Positions 8,440-17,746 of a DNA stretch of 32,512 bases are shown piece by piece. Under the pieces are notes generated by a model. That model did not search any database. It was given only the letters and a program-made list of their open reading frames with translations, and was not told where the DNA came from. The position numbers and the translations under genes were made by a program. Origin of the DNA: Parvularculaceae bacterium (GTDB lineage: Bacteria; Pseudomonadota; Alphaproteobacteria; Caulobacterales; Parvularculaceae); NCBI GenBank assembly GCA_013389125.1, contig JACADX010000113.1, positions 1 through 32,512 on the forward strand, in the 5' to 3' direction. How positions within the stretch are numbered: position 1 is the first letter of the stretch; each line of letters begins with the position of its first letter.

Positions 8440-9201
8440 ATGGGAATGAACGCCAGCGCCGTTTCTCAAGACGCTTCCGTCGCTTCGGCGCGCACCAGTC
8501 GGGGAACGCTTGAGCATCTGACGATCCGGCGTCGCACGACCGGCGAAGCGGCCGCCGCGCGCGCGCAAGTGATGCGCCGGATGCGCATTGCGCTGCCCGT
8601 GCTGGCCGTCATTTTGATCGCCGCCTTTCTGCTCAGCACCAGAACCGGCGGCGGCGATGACGCTTTCCTCGACGATTTCGCCGATGTTCGGGCGACGACC
8701 CAAAACCTCTCCTCCGTCAGGCCGCAATTTTCCGGCGTCGACGCCAGCGGCAATCCTTACGAAATCACCGCCGACGCCATGAGCCAGAGAGCGGAAGCGA
8801 AAGACACCGTCGAACTCGACCGGCCGCGCGCGGTGACGACCGGTCCCGACCAGCAATCCGTCGTTTCGGCGAAGACGGGGACGTTCAATACCGAAGACAA
8901 ACGGCTGCTCTTGAAGAACGGCGTCACGTTCGAGCGCGCGCTCGGCCGCGATAATTACGTTCTGAAAACGCCCGCCGCGACGGTTTCAATCGATGATCAA
9001 ACCGTCGTCAGCGAAGAAGGCGTCGACGGCGCCGGACCTGGCGGCTCGACGCTCAAGGCCGACCGAATGAACGCCGACAACAAGAGCGGCGCGGTCGTCT
9101 TTGAAGGCAATGTCAGCATGCGCGTTTACCCGAAGGAAATCGAGAAGACCGACGGCGCGGACGAACGGGCGCCGGCGACCGAAAACGGAGACGTCGAATG
9201 A
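8440..9201 (+). CDS. lptC: LPS export ABC transporter periplasmic protein LptC
   Basis: Single N-terminal TM after a basic stretch, P-FSGVD--G-PYEITA, C-terminal FEGNVSM; position before lptA/lptB. Confidence 0.85.
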   Translation: MGMNASAVSQDASVASARTSRGTLEHLTIRRRTTGEAAAARAQVMRRMRIALPVLAVILIAAFLLSTRTGGGDDAFLDDFADVRATTQNLSSVRPQFSGVDASGNPYEITADAMSQRAEAKDTVELDRPRAVTTGPDQQSVVSAKTGTFNTEDKRLLLKNGVTFERALGRDNYVLKTPAATVSIDDQTVVSEEGVDGAGPGGSTLKADRMNADNKSGAVVFEGNVSMRVYPKEIEKTDGADERAPATENGDVE

Positions 9202-9677
9202 ACCGCGCGGGGGCCTTTATCTTTGCGGCTGCGCTGATGACGGGCGCCGCCGGCGCGCAGCTTGCGCCGGACGTCAGCGACGCGCCGATTGACATCACCG
9301 GGGACCGGCTCGAAGTCGTCGACGATGTCGCGACCTGGGTCGGCAATGTCCGCGCCGTTCAGGGCGAGTCGATTTTGACGGCGGAAAAGCTTGTCGCCGA
9401 CCTTGATGAGGATGGCGCGTTCAGGAAGATCCGCGCCGTCGGAACCGTGCGCTATTCAAACGGCAAGGACGCGATCTCGGGCAAAGTCGGCGTTTATGAC
9501 GCGGAGAAAAGGACGATCACGATTTCCGAGGAGGTCGTCGTCACGCAGGGTGAACAAGTGATGACCGGCGGCAAGCTCATCTATTGGGTCGACACGGGGC
9601 GACTCCTGTTCACCGCGCCGAGCGGCCGGCGCATCCGAGGCATTTTTTATGCCAAACGGAGCGATGAGCAGTCATGA
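9198..9677 (+). CDS. lptA: LptA/OstA periplasmic LPS transport protein
   Basis: Signal peptide, PIDITGDRLEV, GNVRAVQG, beta-jellyroll-type repeats; ATGA overlap with lptC. Confidence 0.88.
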   Translation: MNRAGAFIFAAALMTGAAGAQLAPDVSDAPIDITGDRLEVVDDVATWVGNVRAVQGESILTAEKLVADLDEDGAFRKIRAVGTVRYSNGKDAISGKVGVYDAEKRTITISEEVVVTQGEQVMTGGKLIYWVDTGRLLFTAPSGRRIRGIFYAKRSDEQS

Positions 9678-9709
9678 CTTCACCAAACCTTAAAGAGAGG
9701 CGCCGCTAA

Positions 9710-10519
9710 ATGGCCGACAGCATGAATGTTGAAACCACCACCGCCGGCGCCGAAAAAGCGAGGCGCGCGCCGCTCCGCCCGACGGTCGTCGAGGGCGGCG
9801 GCGGTCTTTTTGCGGAGAATCTGACGAAGACGTTCAAGCGGCGTCCGGTCGTCCGCGGCGTTTCGATGAGCGTCAAGCGCGGCGAGGTCGTCGGCCTCCT
9901 CGGCCCGAACGGCGCGGGCAAAACGACCTGCTTTTACATGATCACGGGCCTTATTCCCGTCGATTCCGGAGCGATCTCGATCGACGGCCACGACGTGACG
10001 CGCCTGCCGATGTATCAGCGCGCGCGCCTCGGGCTCGGCTATCTGCCGCAGGAAGCGTCAATCTTCCGTGGCCTGACGGTCGAACAGAACCTCCGCGCCG
10101 TCGTCGAACTCGTCGAGAAGGCGGCGGACAAGCGCCAAGCCCTGATCGACGACCTCCTCAACGAGTTCAACATTACGCATATAAGGCGCGCCCCGGCGCT
10201 TGCGCTTTCGGGCGGCGAACGCCGGCGGGTCGAGATTGCAAGAGCCCTTGCGACGGGCCCCGCCTTCATGCTGCTCGACGAGCCGTTCGCCGGCATCGAT
10301 CCGCTGGCGATCGCCGACATTCGCGAGCTTGTTCTCCACCTTAAAGACCGCGGCATCGGCGTTCTCATCACCGATCACAATGTCCGCGAGACGCTCGACA
10401 TCATCGATCGCGCCTACATCATTCACGAAGGCGAAGTCCTCATCGAGGGCGCGCCGTCCGACATCGTCGGCGACAAGGACGTTCGGCGCGTCTATCTCGG
10501 CGACAGATTCCAGATGTGA
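9710..10519 (+). CDS. lptB: LPS export ABC transporter ATPase
   Basis: GPNGAGKTT, GYLPQEASIF, LSGGERRR, LLDEPFAGIDP, TDHNVRETL, YLG-F C-terminus. Confidence 0.97.
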   Translation: MADSMNVETTTAGAEKARRAPLRPTVVEGGGGLFAENLTKTFKRRPVVRGVSMSVKRGEVVGLLGPNGAGKTTCFYMITGLIPVDSGAISIDGHDVTRLPMYQRARLGLGYLPQEASIFRGLTVEQNLRAVVELVEKAADKRQALIDDLLNEFNITHIRRAPALALSGGERRRVEIARALATGPAFMLLDEPFAGIDPLAIADIRELVLHLKDRGIGVLITDHNVRETLDIIDRAYIIHEGEVLIEGAPSDIVGDKDVRRVYLGDRFQM

Positions 10520-10541
10520 CTTTGAGGGGGATGGGGCGTTT

Positions 10542-12050
10542 GTGGCGTTAGCTCCGAAACTAGAATTCCGGCAGTCCCAGCAGCTCGTCATGACGCCGCA
10601 GCTGCAGCAGGCGATCAAGCTGCTGCAGCTGTCCAATCTCGAGCTTGCCGAATTCGTCGAGCAGCAGCTTGAGGAGAATCCGTTCCTCGAGCGCGCCGCC
10701 GAGCAGGAAGCCGACGTCGAGCGGGCGTCCGCCGATCGCGACGGCGCAGACGAAGAGCCCGCCGGGTCGGCGATCGATCTCGACAGCGACGCGGCCGCGG
10801 CGCGCGCGGAGGAAGCGCTCGATGCGCCCCGCGACGACGCTGATTCAGCGACGCCGGCTTCCGAGGCGCCAGAATACAAATCGAACGAATGGGCGAGCGT
10901 CGGGGCAGGCGGCGGATCGTCCTTTGAAGACGGAAGGGAGTTCGGCGAGACGCTGACGCGCGAAATTTCGCTGTGGGAGCATCTGACCGAGCAGCTTCAC
11001 GTCGCGACGCGCGACCCGCAGGCGCTCTTCATCGGGGCTTATCTCATCGACCTCATCGATGAAGCCGGATACTTGCGCGATGATGTCGCGAGCGTCGCCG
11101 GCCGGCTCGGCGCCGAAGCGGCCGATGTCGAACGGACGCTCGCGCTCATCCAGAGCTTTGAGCCTTCCGGCGTCGGCGCGCGCGACCTCAAGGAATGCTT
11201 GAGGCTGCAGCTCGCCGACCGCAACCGCCTCGATCCGACGATGCAGGCGTTCATCGATCATATCGAGCTGATGGCGAAGGGCGACCTCAAGGCGCTGATG
11301 AAGGCGACAGGCGCTGACGAAGAAGACATCCGCGACATGGTCGCCGAAGTGCGCGCCCTGACGCCGAAGCCCGGCTACGCTTTTGGCGGCGATCCGGTGC
11401 AGGTCGTGACGCCGGACGTCATCGTCAGGAAAGCGCCGGACGGCGGCTGGAAAGTCGAGCTCAACGCCGAAACCCTTCCGAAAGTTCTCGTTAATCGCGT
11501 CTATTTTTCAGAAGTCTCGAAGCTGAAGTGCCGCGATGCGGATCAGCTTTTTGTGAGCGAGCAGTTCGCCAACGCCAACTGGCTCGTCAAGAGCCTCGAT
11601 CAGCGCGCGCGGACCATCCTCAAGGTGGCGAGCGAAATCGTACGCCAGCAGGATTCGTTCCTCGTCTACGGCGTGAAGCATCTCAGACCCCTCAATCTCC
11701 GCGCCGTCGCCGACGCGATTTCGATGCATGAATCGACTGTTTCACGTGTCACCGCGAACAAATACATGGCGACGCCGCGCGGCATATTCGAGCTGAAGTA
11801 TTTCTTTACCGCATCAATTGCGTCGAGCGCGGGCGGCGAGGCGCATTCAGCCGAGGCGGTTCGCTTCCGCATTCGGGAGCTGATCGACGGCGAGTCGATC
11901 GAGGACGTTCTTTCCGACGATCGGATCGTCGAGATCCTGCGCGGCGAAGGCGTCGACATTGCCCGCCGCACGGTCGCCAAATATCGCGAGACCATGAACA
12001 TCGCCTCGTCCGTCCAGCGGCGGCGCGCCGCGCTTCGCGAAGCCATCTAG
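10542..12050 (+). CDS. rpoN: RNA polymerase sigma-54 factor
   Basis: GTG start gives MALAPKLEFRQSQQLVMTPQLQQAIKLLQL; HESTVSR; RpoN box ARRTVAKYRE. Confidence 0.97.
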   Translation: MALAPKLEFRQSQQLVMTPQLQQAIKLLQLSNLELAEFVEQQLEENPFLERAAEQEADVERASADRDGADEEPAGSAIDLDSDAAAARAEEALDAPRDDADSATPASEAPEYKSNEWASVGAGGGSSFEDGREFGETLTREISLWEHLTEQLHVATRDPQALFIGAYLIDLIDEAGYLRDDVASVAGRLGAEAADVERTLALIQSFEPSGVGARDLKECLRLQLADRNRLDPTMQAFIDHIELMAKGDLKALMKATGADEEDIRDMVAEVRALTPKPGYAFGGDPVQVVTPDVIVRKAPDGGWKVELNAETLPKVLVNRVYFSEVSKLKCRDADQLFVSEQFANANWLVKSLDQRARTILKVASEIVRQQDSFLVYGVKHLRPLNLRAVADAISMHESTVSRVTANKYMATPRGIFELKYFFTASIASSAGGEAHSAEAVRFRIRELIDGESIEDVLSDDRIVEILRGEGVDIARRTVAKYRETMNIASSVQRRRAALREAI

Positions 12051-12053
12051 GGC

Positions 12054-12081
12054 TTTGAATTCGGAGGGAGAGGCCCAATAT
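12054..12081 (+). promoter_or_regulatory. Putative sigma32 (RpoH) promoter for hpf
   Basis: TTTGAA-N14-CCCAATAT versus consensus CTTGAA-N13/14-CCCCATNT. Confidence 0.6.
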
Positions 12082-12128
12082 TGCAGACGCGCGCCGCCGG
12101 ACGGCGCCGCGCCACGACGGAGGCCCTC

Positions 12129-12701
12129 ATGGACGTTCAAGTCAGCGGCAAGAACATTGATCTCGGCGATGCGCTGCAAGCGCATGTCGTCGACCGCTTG
12201 TCGGGAGGCGTCACCAAATATTTCGGGCGGGGCGCCGACGCCGTCGTAACCTTCGCCCGGGAGCGCCACCTCGTCGAATGCGAAATGACCGCCCATCTTG
12301 ATTCCGGCGTCTTTCTCGCCGCCCACGGCGACGGCGGCGACGCCTATGCCGCCTTCGAAACGGCCCTTGAAAAGCTGGAAAAGCGGGTCCGGCGATATAA
12401 GCGCCGTCTCAAGAAGCATCACACGAACGGCAAAGCCCCGCTGCCGTCGGAGGCCGCCTCCTATTACACGCTCGCCCCCTTGCCGGACGAAACCGACGCG
12501 GACGCCGAAGACGATCCGACCCCGGTTGTGGTGGCCGAGAAGCAGACCGTCCTGCGGGAAATGACAGTCGGGGCGGCTGTCATGCAATTAGACCTTGCCG
12601 AGAGCCCCGCGATCGTCTTTAAGAACGCCGCCCACGGCCGGCTCAACGTCGTTTACCGCCGCCGCGACGGGCATATCGGCTGGATCGACCCGGCCCCCTA
12701 G
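12129..12701 (+). CDS. hpf: Ribosome hibernation promoting factor (long form)
   Basis: MDVQVSGKNIDLGDAL, LEKRVRRYKRRLK, C-terminal NVVYRRRDGHIGWIDP; SD GGAGG. Confidence 0.95.
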   Translation: MDVQVSGKNIDLGDALQAHVVDRLSGGVTKYFGRGADAVVTFARERHLVECEMTAHLDSGVFLAAHGDGGDAYAAFETALEKLEKRVRRYKRRLKKHHTNGKAPLPSEAASYYTLAPLPDETDADAEDDPTPVVVAEKQTVLREMTVGAAVMQLDLAESPAIVFKNAAHGRLNVVYRRRDGHIGWIDPAP

Positions 12702-12787
12702 ATCGCCGGCCAATGCCCGGCGTTAACGGAGTGATTCGACTGTCCTTGTATGTGCGTCAAGTGACGCTACGAGCGGTCGCCGATCTT

Positions 12788-13255
12788 ATGGGCCTATCCG
12801 AGTTTCTTTCGCCCGATGCGGTCCTTTTCAACGCCAGCGCCAGCTGCAAGCGGGAGGCCCTTGCGCTCCTCGCCGAAAAGGCGGCCAAGCTCACGGGACT
12901 TCCTGCGCCGGCCATTCGTCAGGCCCTGATGGAGCGCGAACAGCTCGGATCGACCGGCGTCGGCAGGGGCGTTGCGATCCCGCACGGCAAGATCGACGGC
13001 CTCGGCGAGATCGTCGGCGTTCTCGCCAAACTTGCAGAGCCGATCGATTTTGAGGCGGTCGACGACCAGCCGGTCGATCTTGTTTTTGTGCTGCTCGCGC
13101 CGATAGAAGCGACCGCGGCGCATTTGAAGGCCCTCGCGAAGGTCTCGCGGCTTCTTCGCGACGAACGGATCCGCGAGGCCCTTCGCGGCGCCGAGACGCA
13201 GGAAGCGCTGTTCGCGATAGCCGCCGACACGGCGCAGTCGAACGCCGCCGCCTGA
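12788..13255 (+). CDS. ptsN: PTS IIA-Ntr nitrogen regulatory protein
   Basis: REQLGSTGVG-GVAIPHGK (phospho-His), DFEAVDDQPVDL, HLKALA. Confidence 0.95.
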   Translation: MGLSEFLSPDAVLFNASASCKREALALLAEKAAKLTGLPAPAIRQALMEREQLGSTGVGRGVAIPHGKIDGLGEIVGVLAKLAEPIDFEAVDDQPVDLVFVLLAPIEATAAHLKALAKVSRLLRDERIREALRGAETQEALFAIAADTAQSNAAA

Positions 13256-13292
13256 CCCACCGTCGACCGCTCCGACGCTGTGCGGAAAATCG

Positions 13293-13592
13293 TCAGTGAA
13301 CGCTGACGGGATTCATTTCGTGTTGCCGCGCCGCTGCGAAAGCCAGCGCGCGATCGCCGACAAGCGCAATACGTTGGCCGTCGCCGGAATGCACCGAGTA
13401 AAGGGTCGTGTCGCCTGGAATGTCGATTACGGCGCCCGTTTCGTCGTCAATGAGATCATCGACGACTTCATGGGCGAAGACCGTCCGGACATAGACCAGC
13501 TTCTTGCCGCCGAGTTCGGCGAGCTCGCGCTCGCTGACAGGAAGCCGCAACCGCTTTTCCGGCGCCCGGTTCGCCTCTTTCCAATTGGCCAT
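13293..13592 (-). CDS. DUF1150 family protein
   Basis: LAELGG-KLVYVR, LYSVHSGDGQRIAL, AFAAARQHEMNPVSVH C-terminus; SD GGAGGA. Confidence 0.88.
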   Translation of the reverse strand: MANWKEANRAPEKRLRLPVSERELAELGGKKLVYVRTVFAHEVVDDLIDDETGAVIDIPGDTTLYSVHSGDGQRIALVGDRALAFAAARQHEMNPVSVH

Positions 13593-13706
13593 CGGCCAAT
13601 TCCTCCGTTCCACCCTTGAGAAGAACTCAATGCCCTTCCCGATCAGGCCACAGATTGGCTATCAAACGGTGAAGACCCCGTAAGACGCCTTTTAGCCCGG
13701 ATTGGG

Positions 13707-13734
13707 ACGTAGGGCTACAATATAACATTTCAAT
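13707..13734 (-). promoter_or_regulatory. Putative sigma32 promoter for DUF1150
   Basis: Minus strand ATTGAA-N14-CCCTACGT in an AT-rich patch. Confidence 0.5.
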
Positions 13735-13764
13735 GATCGAAACGGGGCGAATTCCGGATCGTGT

Positions 13765-14754
13765 TCAGCCGAACCGCCCCAAAATCGTCGCATAAAGAGA
13801 CGGATCGATGTTCCCGCCAGAGAGCGTCAAGCCGATCGTTCGCCCGTCGGCATTGATTTTCCTGTGATAAACAGCAGCGAGCGCCGCGGCGCCGCCGGGC
13901 TCGACGACCATTTTCAGATACTTCGCCGCGAACGAAATCGCTTCTGCGACCTCGTCGTCGCTGACGGTGAACCCGCCCTTCACATGCCGTGCGAGAATCG
14001 GAAAGGCGATTTCCCCAGGCGACGGCGTGGCGAGCGCGTCACACAGGGTCTTGCGCGAGATGTCGGCCTTGAGACGCTTCCCGGCGCGGAGAGAAGCCCA
14101 GGTTTCGTCATAGCCTTCAGGCTCGGCGATCATCACCTCGGTCGCCGGCGACAGGTCGGCGAGAACCGTCGCGCAGCCCGCCGCCATGCCGCCGCCGCCG
14201 CAGCAAACAATGAAGGCGTCAAAGCGCGCGCCGACCGCCGCCGCCTGTGCGACGGCTTCGAGCGCGAGCGTTCCCTGGCCCTCGATCGTGTCGAGCTGAT
14301 TGAAGGGATGCGCGATCGCAAGGCCGCGTTCGGCCGCCAGCATCCGTCCGATCTCCTCGCGATCTTCCGTATAACGATCATAGAAAACGATCTCGCCGCC
14401 ATAGGCGCGAACCTGGCCGATCTTGAAGGCGGGCGCATCCTTCGGCATGATGATCGTCGCCGGAACGCCGAAAAGCCGCGCCGCGCGCGCAACGCCCTGC
14501 GCGTGATTTCCGGACGAGACCGCGAGAACGCCGCGCCGGCGCTCCTCGTCGGTCAGCTTCGCAAGCCGGTTCATCGCGCCGCGAAACTTGAACGAGCCGC
14601 CGTGCTGCAAGGTCTCGGCCTTCAAAAGCACCCGCCCGCCGGCGCGCTCATTGAGCCATTCGTTCTCAAGAAGCGGCGTCACGACCGCCGCCCCCCGGAT
14701 CCGCTCCGCAGCGGCCCTGACGCCTTCCGGGGTCGGTGTCGTCTCATCCGACAT
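13765..14754 (-). CDS. Threonine/serine dehydratase (PLP, fold type II, no regulatory domain)
   Basis: SFKFRG, SSGNHAQG, GQGT, GGGG, VEPGGA, SGGN. Confidence 0.92.
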   Translation of the reverse strand: MSDETTPTPEGVRAAAERIRGAAVVTPLLENEWLNERAGGRVLLKAETLQHGGSFKFRGAMNRLAKLTDEERRRGVLAVSSGNHAQGVARAARLFGVPATIIMPKDAPAFKIGQVRAYGGEIVFYDRYTEDREEIGRMLAAERGLAIAHPFNQLDTIEGQGTLALEAVAQAAAVGARFDAFIVCCGGGGMAAGCATVLADLSPATEVMIAEPEGYDETWASLRAGKRLKADISRKTLCDALATPSPGEIAFPILARHVKGGFTVSDDEVAEAISFAAKYLKMVVEPGGAAALAAVYHRKINADGRTIGLTLSGGNIDPSLYATILGRFG

Positions 14755-14755
14755 C

Positions 14756-15709
14756 TTACGCCGCCAATCTCATGCCGACATCAGCCTCGATCGGCGCCGG
14801 CTTATCGGTCAGGCGCCGCCATGCGACGCCGGCGGCGACATTGGCGATCGCCGTCGTCGCGAGCGTCGCCAGATAAAGCGCCGCCGCAAACGCCGGAAAT
14901 GAAGGACCTTCGGGACTGAAAAGCGCCGAGAATTCCTCAATGACCGGCGCCATCGCCGCCGCGACGGCGGCCTGGTCCTCGCCGGCGGCGGAAAGCGCTT
15001 CCAAATGCGGAAGAAAGCCGCCGATAAATGGCCCTATCGCGAGCCCGAAAATGACGGCGATGGGAACGCCGACGAGAATCCAGAAGCCGAGAAGGCGCAA
15101 GACCTGATTGCGCGTCGCCGTCCAGGCGACGCCGAACCCGATCGTTCGGGTCGCCATCGACGCGGGAAACAGAACGCAAAGCCGCAGGCGGAACCACATC
15201 ACGACGAGATTGATGGCGAAATCCGCCAATGAGCCGGCCGTCGGGGCCGCCGGGCGCGCGATAATCGCTGCGATGAAGGCGACGACGGCGGCGGCGAGCC
15301 CGCCGACGAGCATAATGAGGAGGATCATCAGGCTGAGAAGGATTTGGGCCGCGAGGATGCGAAGCTCGTCGCCGCCATACTGAAGATAGAAAGGCAGCGA
15401 AAGCCGGTCGCCCCTGACGACATGGCGAAGGCTCGCCGCCGCCGCCATCGGGACGGCGATCGCCGATCCCGCCATCAGGACCAAAGTCCACTTGCCGATG
15501 TCCGCGAGAACGCCCGCCGCCGCCGCAGGCTCCGGGTTGGGTCCTAGCTTTAGAAGGGCTGCAAATGCGTCGAAAAGCGGCGACATCGCGTAAAATTGCA
15601 GCGCGACGAGCAGCAGCGTCGGAAGCCACAGCGCTTTTGCGAGATCGATCGCGTGCTGCGCGAGATAGGCGATCGTGGCGCTGACCGCCTTCAGGACCGG
15701 GAACTTCAT
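14756..15709 (-). CDS. Hypothetical polytopic membrane protein
   Basis: About 7 hydrophobic segments; SD AAGGA; ends 1 nt before the dehydratase ATG. Confidence 0.75.
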   Translation of the reverse strand: MKFPVLKAVSATIAYLAQHAIDLAKALWLPTLLLVALQFYAMSPLFDAFAALLKLGPNPEPAAAAGVLADIGKWTLVLMAGSAIAVPMAAAASLRHVVRGDRLSLPFYLQYGGDELRILAAQILLSLMILLIMLVGGLAAAVVAFIAAIIARPAAPTAGSLADFAINLVVMWFRLRLCVLFPASMATRTIGFGVAWTATRNQVLRLLGFWILVGVPIAVIFGLAIGPFIGGFLPHLEALSAAGEDQAAVAAAMAPVIEEFSALFSPEGPSFPAFAAALYLATLATTAIANVAAGVAWRRLTDKPAPIEADVGMRLAA

Positions 15710-15831
15710 CGTCGCATTCCTTTGCGGAGACGGCGCGCGCGGAGGGAAACCATACGCCGTTTCGCCCGGCCCGCCAGCCGCGCGATCTCCGATGATTCCC
15801 GTCGCGCCGAAGGAACGCTATTCCTTGCGCC

Positions 15832-16767
15832 ATGAACGCTGCTCCCGCCGACGCCGCCAAGGACAATTGGGTCGACCTTTACGCGCCCGAGGGCGCAAAG
15901 CCCTATCTCCGGCTGATGCGCGCCGACAGGCCGATCGGGACATGGCTCTTGCTCATTCCTTGCTGGCAGGGCCTTGCGCTCGCCGCCGCCGAGCGCGGCG
16001 CCGAACCGCGCGCGCTCCTCCTTGACGCGGCGCTTTTCGCGGTCGGGGCCATGGTCATGCGCGGCGCCGGCTGCGCCTACAACGACATCGTCGACCGCGA
16101 TTTCGACGCCAAGGTCGCGCGCACGGCGAAGCGCCCGATTCCCGCCGGGCAGATCGGCGTCAAGTCCGCATGGGCCTTCCTTTTCGGTCTTTGCCTTGTC
16201 GGCCTCGCCGTCCTCTTGCAGTTCAATCCGTACACGGTCGCCCTTGGCGCCGGCTCGATCGGCTTGATCGCCGCCTATCCTTTCATGAAGCGGATCACCT
16301 GGTGGCCGCAGGCCTGGCTCGGCCTCACATTCAACTGGGGAGCCTTGATGGGCTACGCCGCGATCGCCGGCGAACTGACGCCGGCGCCGATGCTGCTCTA
16401 CGCGTCCGGCCTCGCCTGGACGCTCGGCTACGACACGATCTACGCGCACCAGGACAAGGAGGATGACGCGCTTGTCGGCGTCAAATCGTCAGCAAGGCTT
16501 CTCGGATCGCAGACGACTCCGGCCCTGATCGGCTTTTACGCCTTCACGATCGCGGGAGCCGCCGGGGCGATGCTGCTCGCCGGAATTTCGCCCCTCTATC
16601 TGCTGCTCCTCATTCCGGCCGCAGCGCATTTTTATTGGCAGATCACGAAGCTCGACATCGACAATCCGGCGAATTGTCTTCGCGTCTTCCGATCGAATCG
16701 CGACGCCGGCCTGCTCGTTCTCGCGCCCTTGTTATTGGCCGCGCTCGCCTCGCTTTCCTATGTCTAG
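15832..16767 (+). CDS. ubiA: 4-hydroxybenzoate polyprenyltransferase
   Basis: RADRPIG, NDIVDRDFD-VART-RP, YPFMKR, YDTIYAHQD. Confidence 0.96.
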   Translation: MNAAPADAAKDNWVDLYAPEGAKPYLRLMRADRPIGTWLLLIPCWQGLALAAAERGAEPRALLLDAALFAVGAMVMRGAGCAYNDIVDRDFDAKVARTAKRPIPAGQIGVKSAWAFLFGLCLVGLAVLLQFNPYTVALGAGSIGLIAAYPFMKRITWWPQAWLGLTFNWGALMGYAAIAGELTPAPMLLYASGLAWTLGYDTIYAHQDKEDDALVGVKSSARLLGSQTTPALIGFYAFTIAGAAGAMLLAGISPLYLLLLIPAAAHFYWQITKLDIDNPANCLRVFRSNRDAGLLVLAPLLLAALASLSYV

Positions 16768-16804
16768 CGCGTCCCTCAAGACGACTGGAACGGAGAAGAA
16801 GGTC

Positions 16805-17302
16805 ATGATCGACCGACGCTTGCTATTATCCGGCGTGGCCGCCGCGCTCGGCGCCGCGACCCTTTCCGCAAAGGCTGAAACGATGAAACCCGACAAGACG
16901 TCAATCCCGGATTTCGACAAATGGCAGCTCTCCGAAAAGGAGTGGAAAGCGCGCCTTGGGGACGAAGCCTACGCGGTCCTTCGGAAAGAGGCGACCGAAC
17001 GGCCGTGGACGAGCCCCCTCAACAACGAAAAGCGGCAGGGCGTCTACGCCTGCGCCGGATGCGGCTATGATCTCTTCAAGTCCGAGATGAAGTTCGATTC
17101 GGGAACCGGCTGGCCTTCTTTCTTCGACGCGCTGCCGAATGCGCTCGGCAAGAAAACGGACTTCAAACTGATTGTTCCCCGCACGGAATATCACTGCGCG
17201 CGCTGCGGCGGGCACCAGGGACACGTTTTCAACGACGGGCCGTCGCCGACGGGCCTGCGCTACTGCAACAATGGCGTCGCGCTCGTCTTCAAGGCCGCCT
17301 GA
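16805..17302 (+). CDS. msrB: Peptide-methionine (R)-S-oxide reductase with twin-arginine signal peptide
   Basis: MIDRRLLL...AKA signal; CAGC and CARC Zn ligands, KFDSGTGWPSF, GHVFNDGP, RYCNNG. Confidence 0.95.
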   Translation: MIDRRLLLSGVAAALGAATLSAKAETMKPDKTSIPDFDKWQLSEKEWKARLGDEAYAVLRKEATERPWTSPLNNEKRQGVYACAGCGYDLFKSEMKFDSGTGWPSFFDALPNALGKKTDFKLIVPRTEYHCARCGGHQGHVFNDGPSPTGLRYCNNGVALVFKAA

Positions 17303-17441
17303 GGGCTCTCTCCCGTCCGTCCGACCGCTTCCTGTTCGAGGCTTCCGGCGCGCCTTTCGCGATGATGGGCGTGGCCGGCGGTTTCGCGGAATTGCGGCGC
17401 CTGCCTGCGCCGGGTTATGCTTCAGCCCGACGGAGGCGCGA

Positions 17442-17738
17442 ATGACCGAAGGACGGATAGGACGGCTCGCAGGAGGCGGTTCGCTGCGAACGCTCATTCA
17501 GCTCGTGATCGCGAGCGTCGTCGTCGGCGCGTTCCTGGCGTTCTGGGGCGTTTCGCCCGGCGAGTTCTGGAGCGGCGTTTTCAACTTCATCCGGGGAATC
17601 GTCGGTTGGCTCGGCGATTCCGTCGGCGAAATCGTCGTCAATCTCCTCACCTATCTTCTCTTCGGGGCCGCGATCGTCGTTCCGATCTGGCTCATCATGC
17701 GCGTCATCGGCGGCCGCGGCGCGGCCCGCAGAGACTGA
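17442..17738 (+). CDS. Small membrane protein, DUF6460-like
   Basis: LRTLIQLVIASVVVG...GVSP, YLLFGAAIVVPIWLIMR; SD GGAGG. Confidence 0.75.
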   Translation: MTEGRIGRLAGGGSLRTLIQLVIASVVVGAFLAFWGVSPGEFWSGVFNFIRGIVGWLGDSVGEIVVNLLTYLLFGAAIVVPIWLIMRVIGGRGAARRD

Positions 17739-17746
17739 AGGCGCGG

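Noticed and set aside
10200-10541. N-terminal extension of the rpoN ORF overlapping lptB (likewise extensions of rnd, hpf, ptsN and rpoH)
   Set aside because: Conserved N-termini begin at downstream starts; the extensions are chance open frames
13593-13700. ROSE-type RNA thermometer in the DUF1150 leader
   Set aside because: No U(U/C)GCU motif pairing with the SD; only generic hairpins are seen
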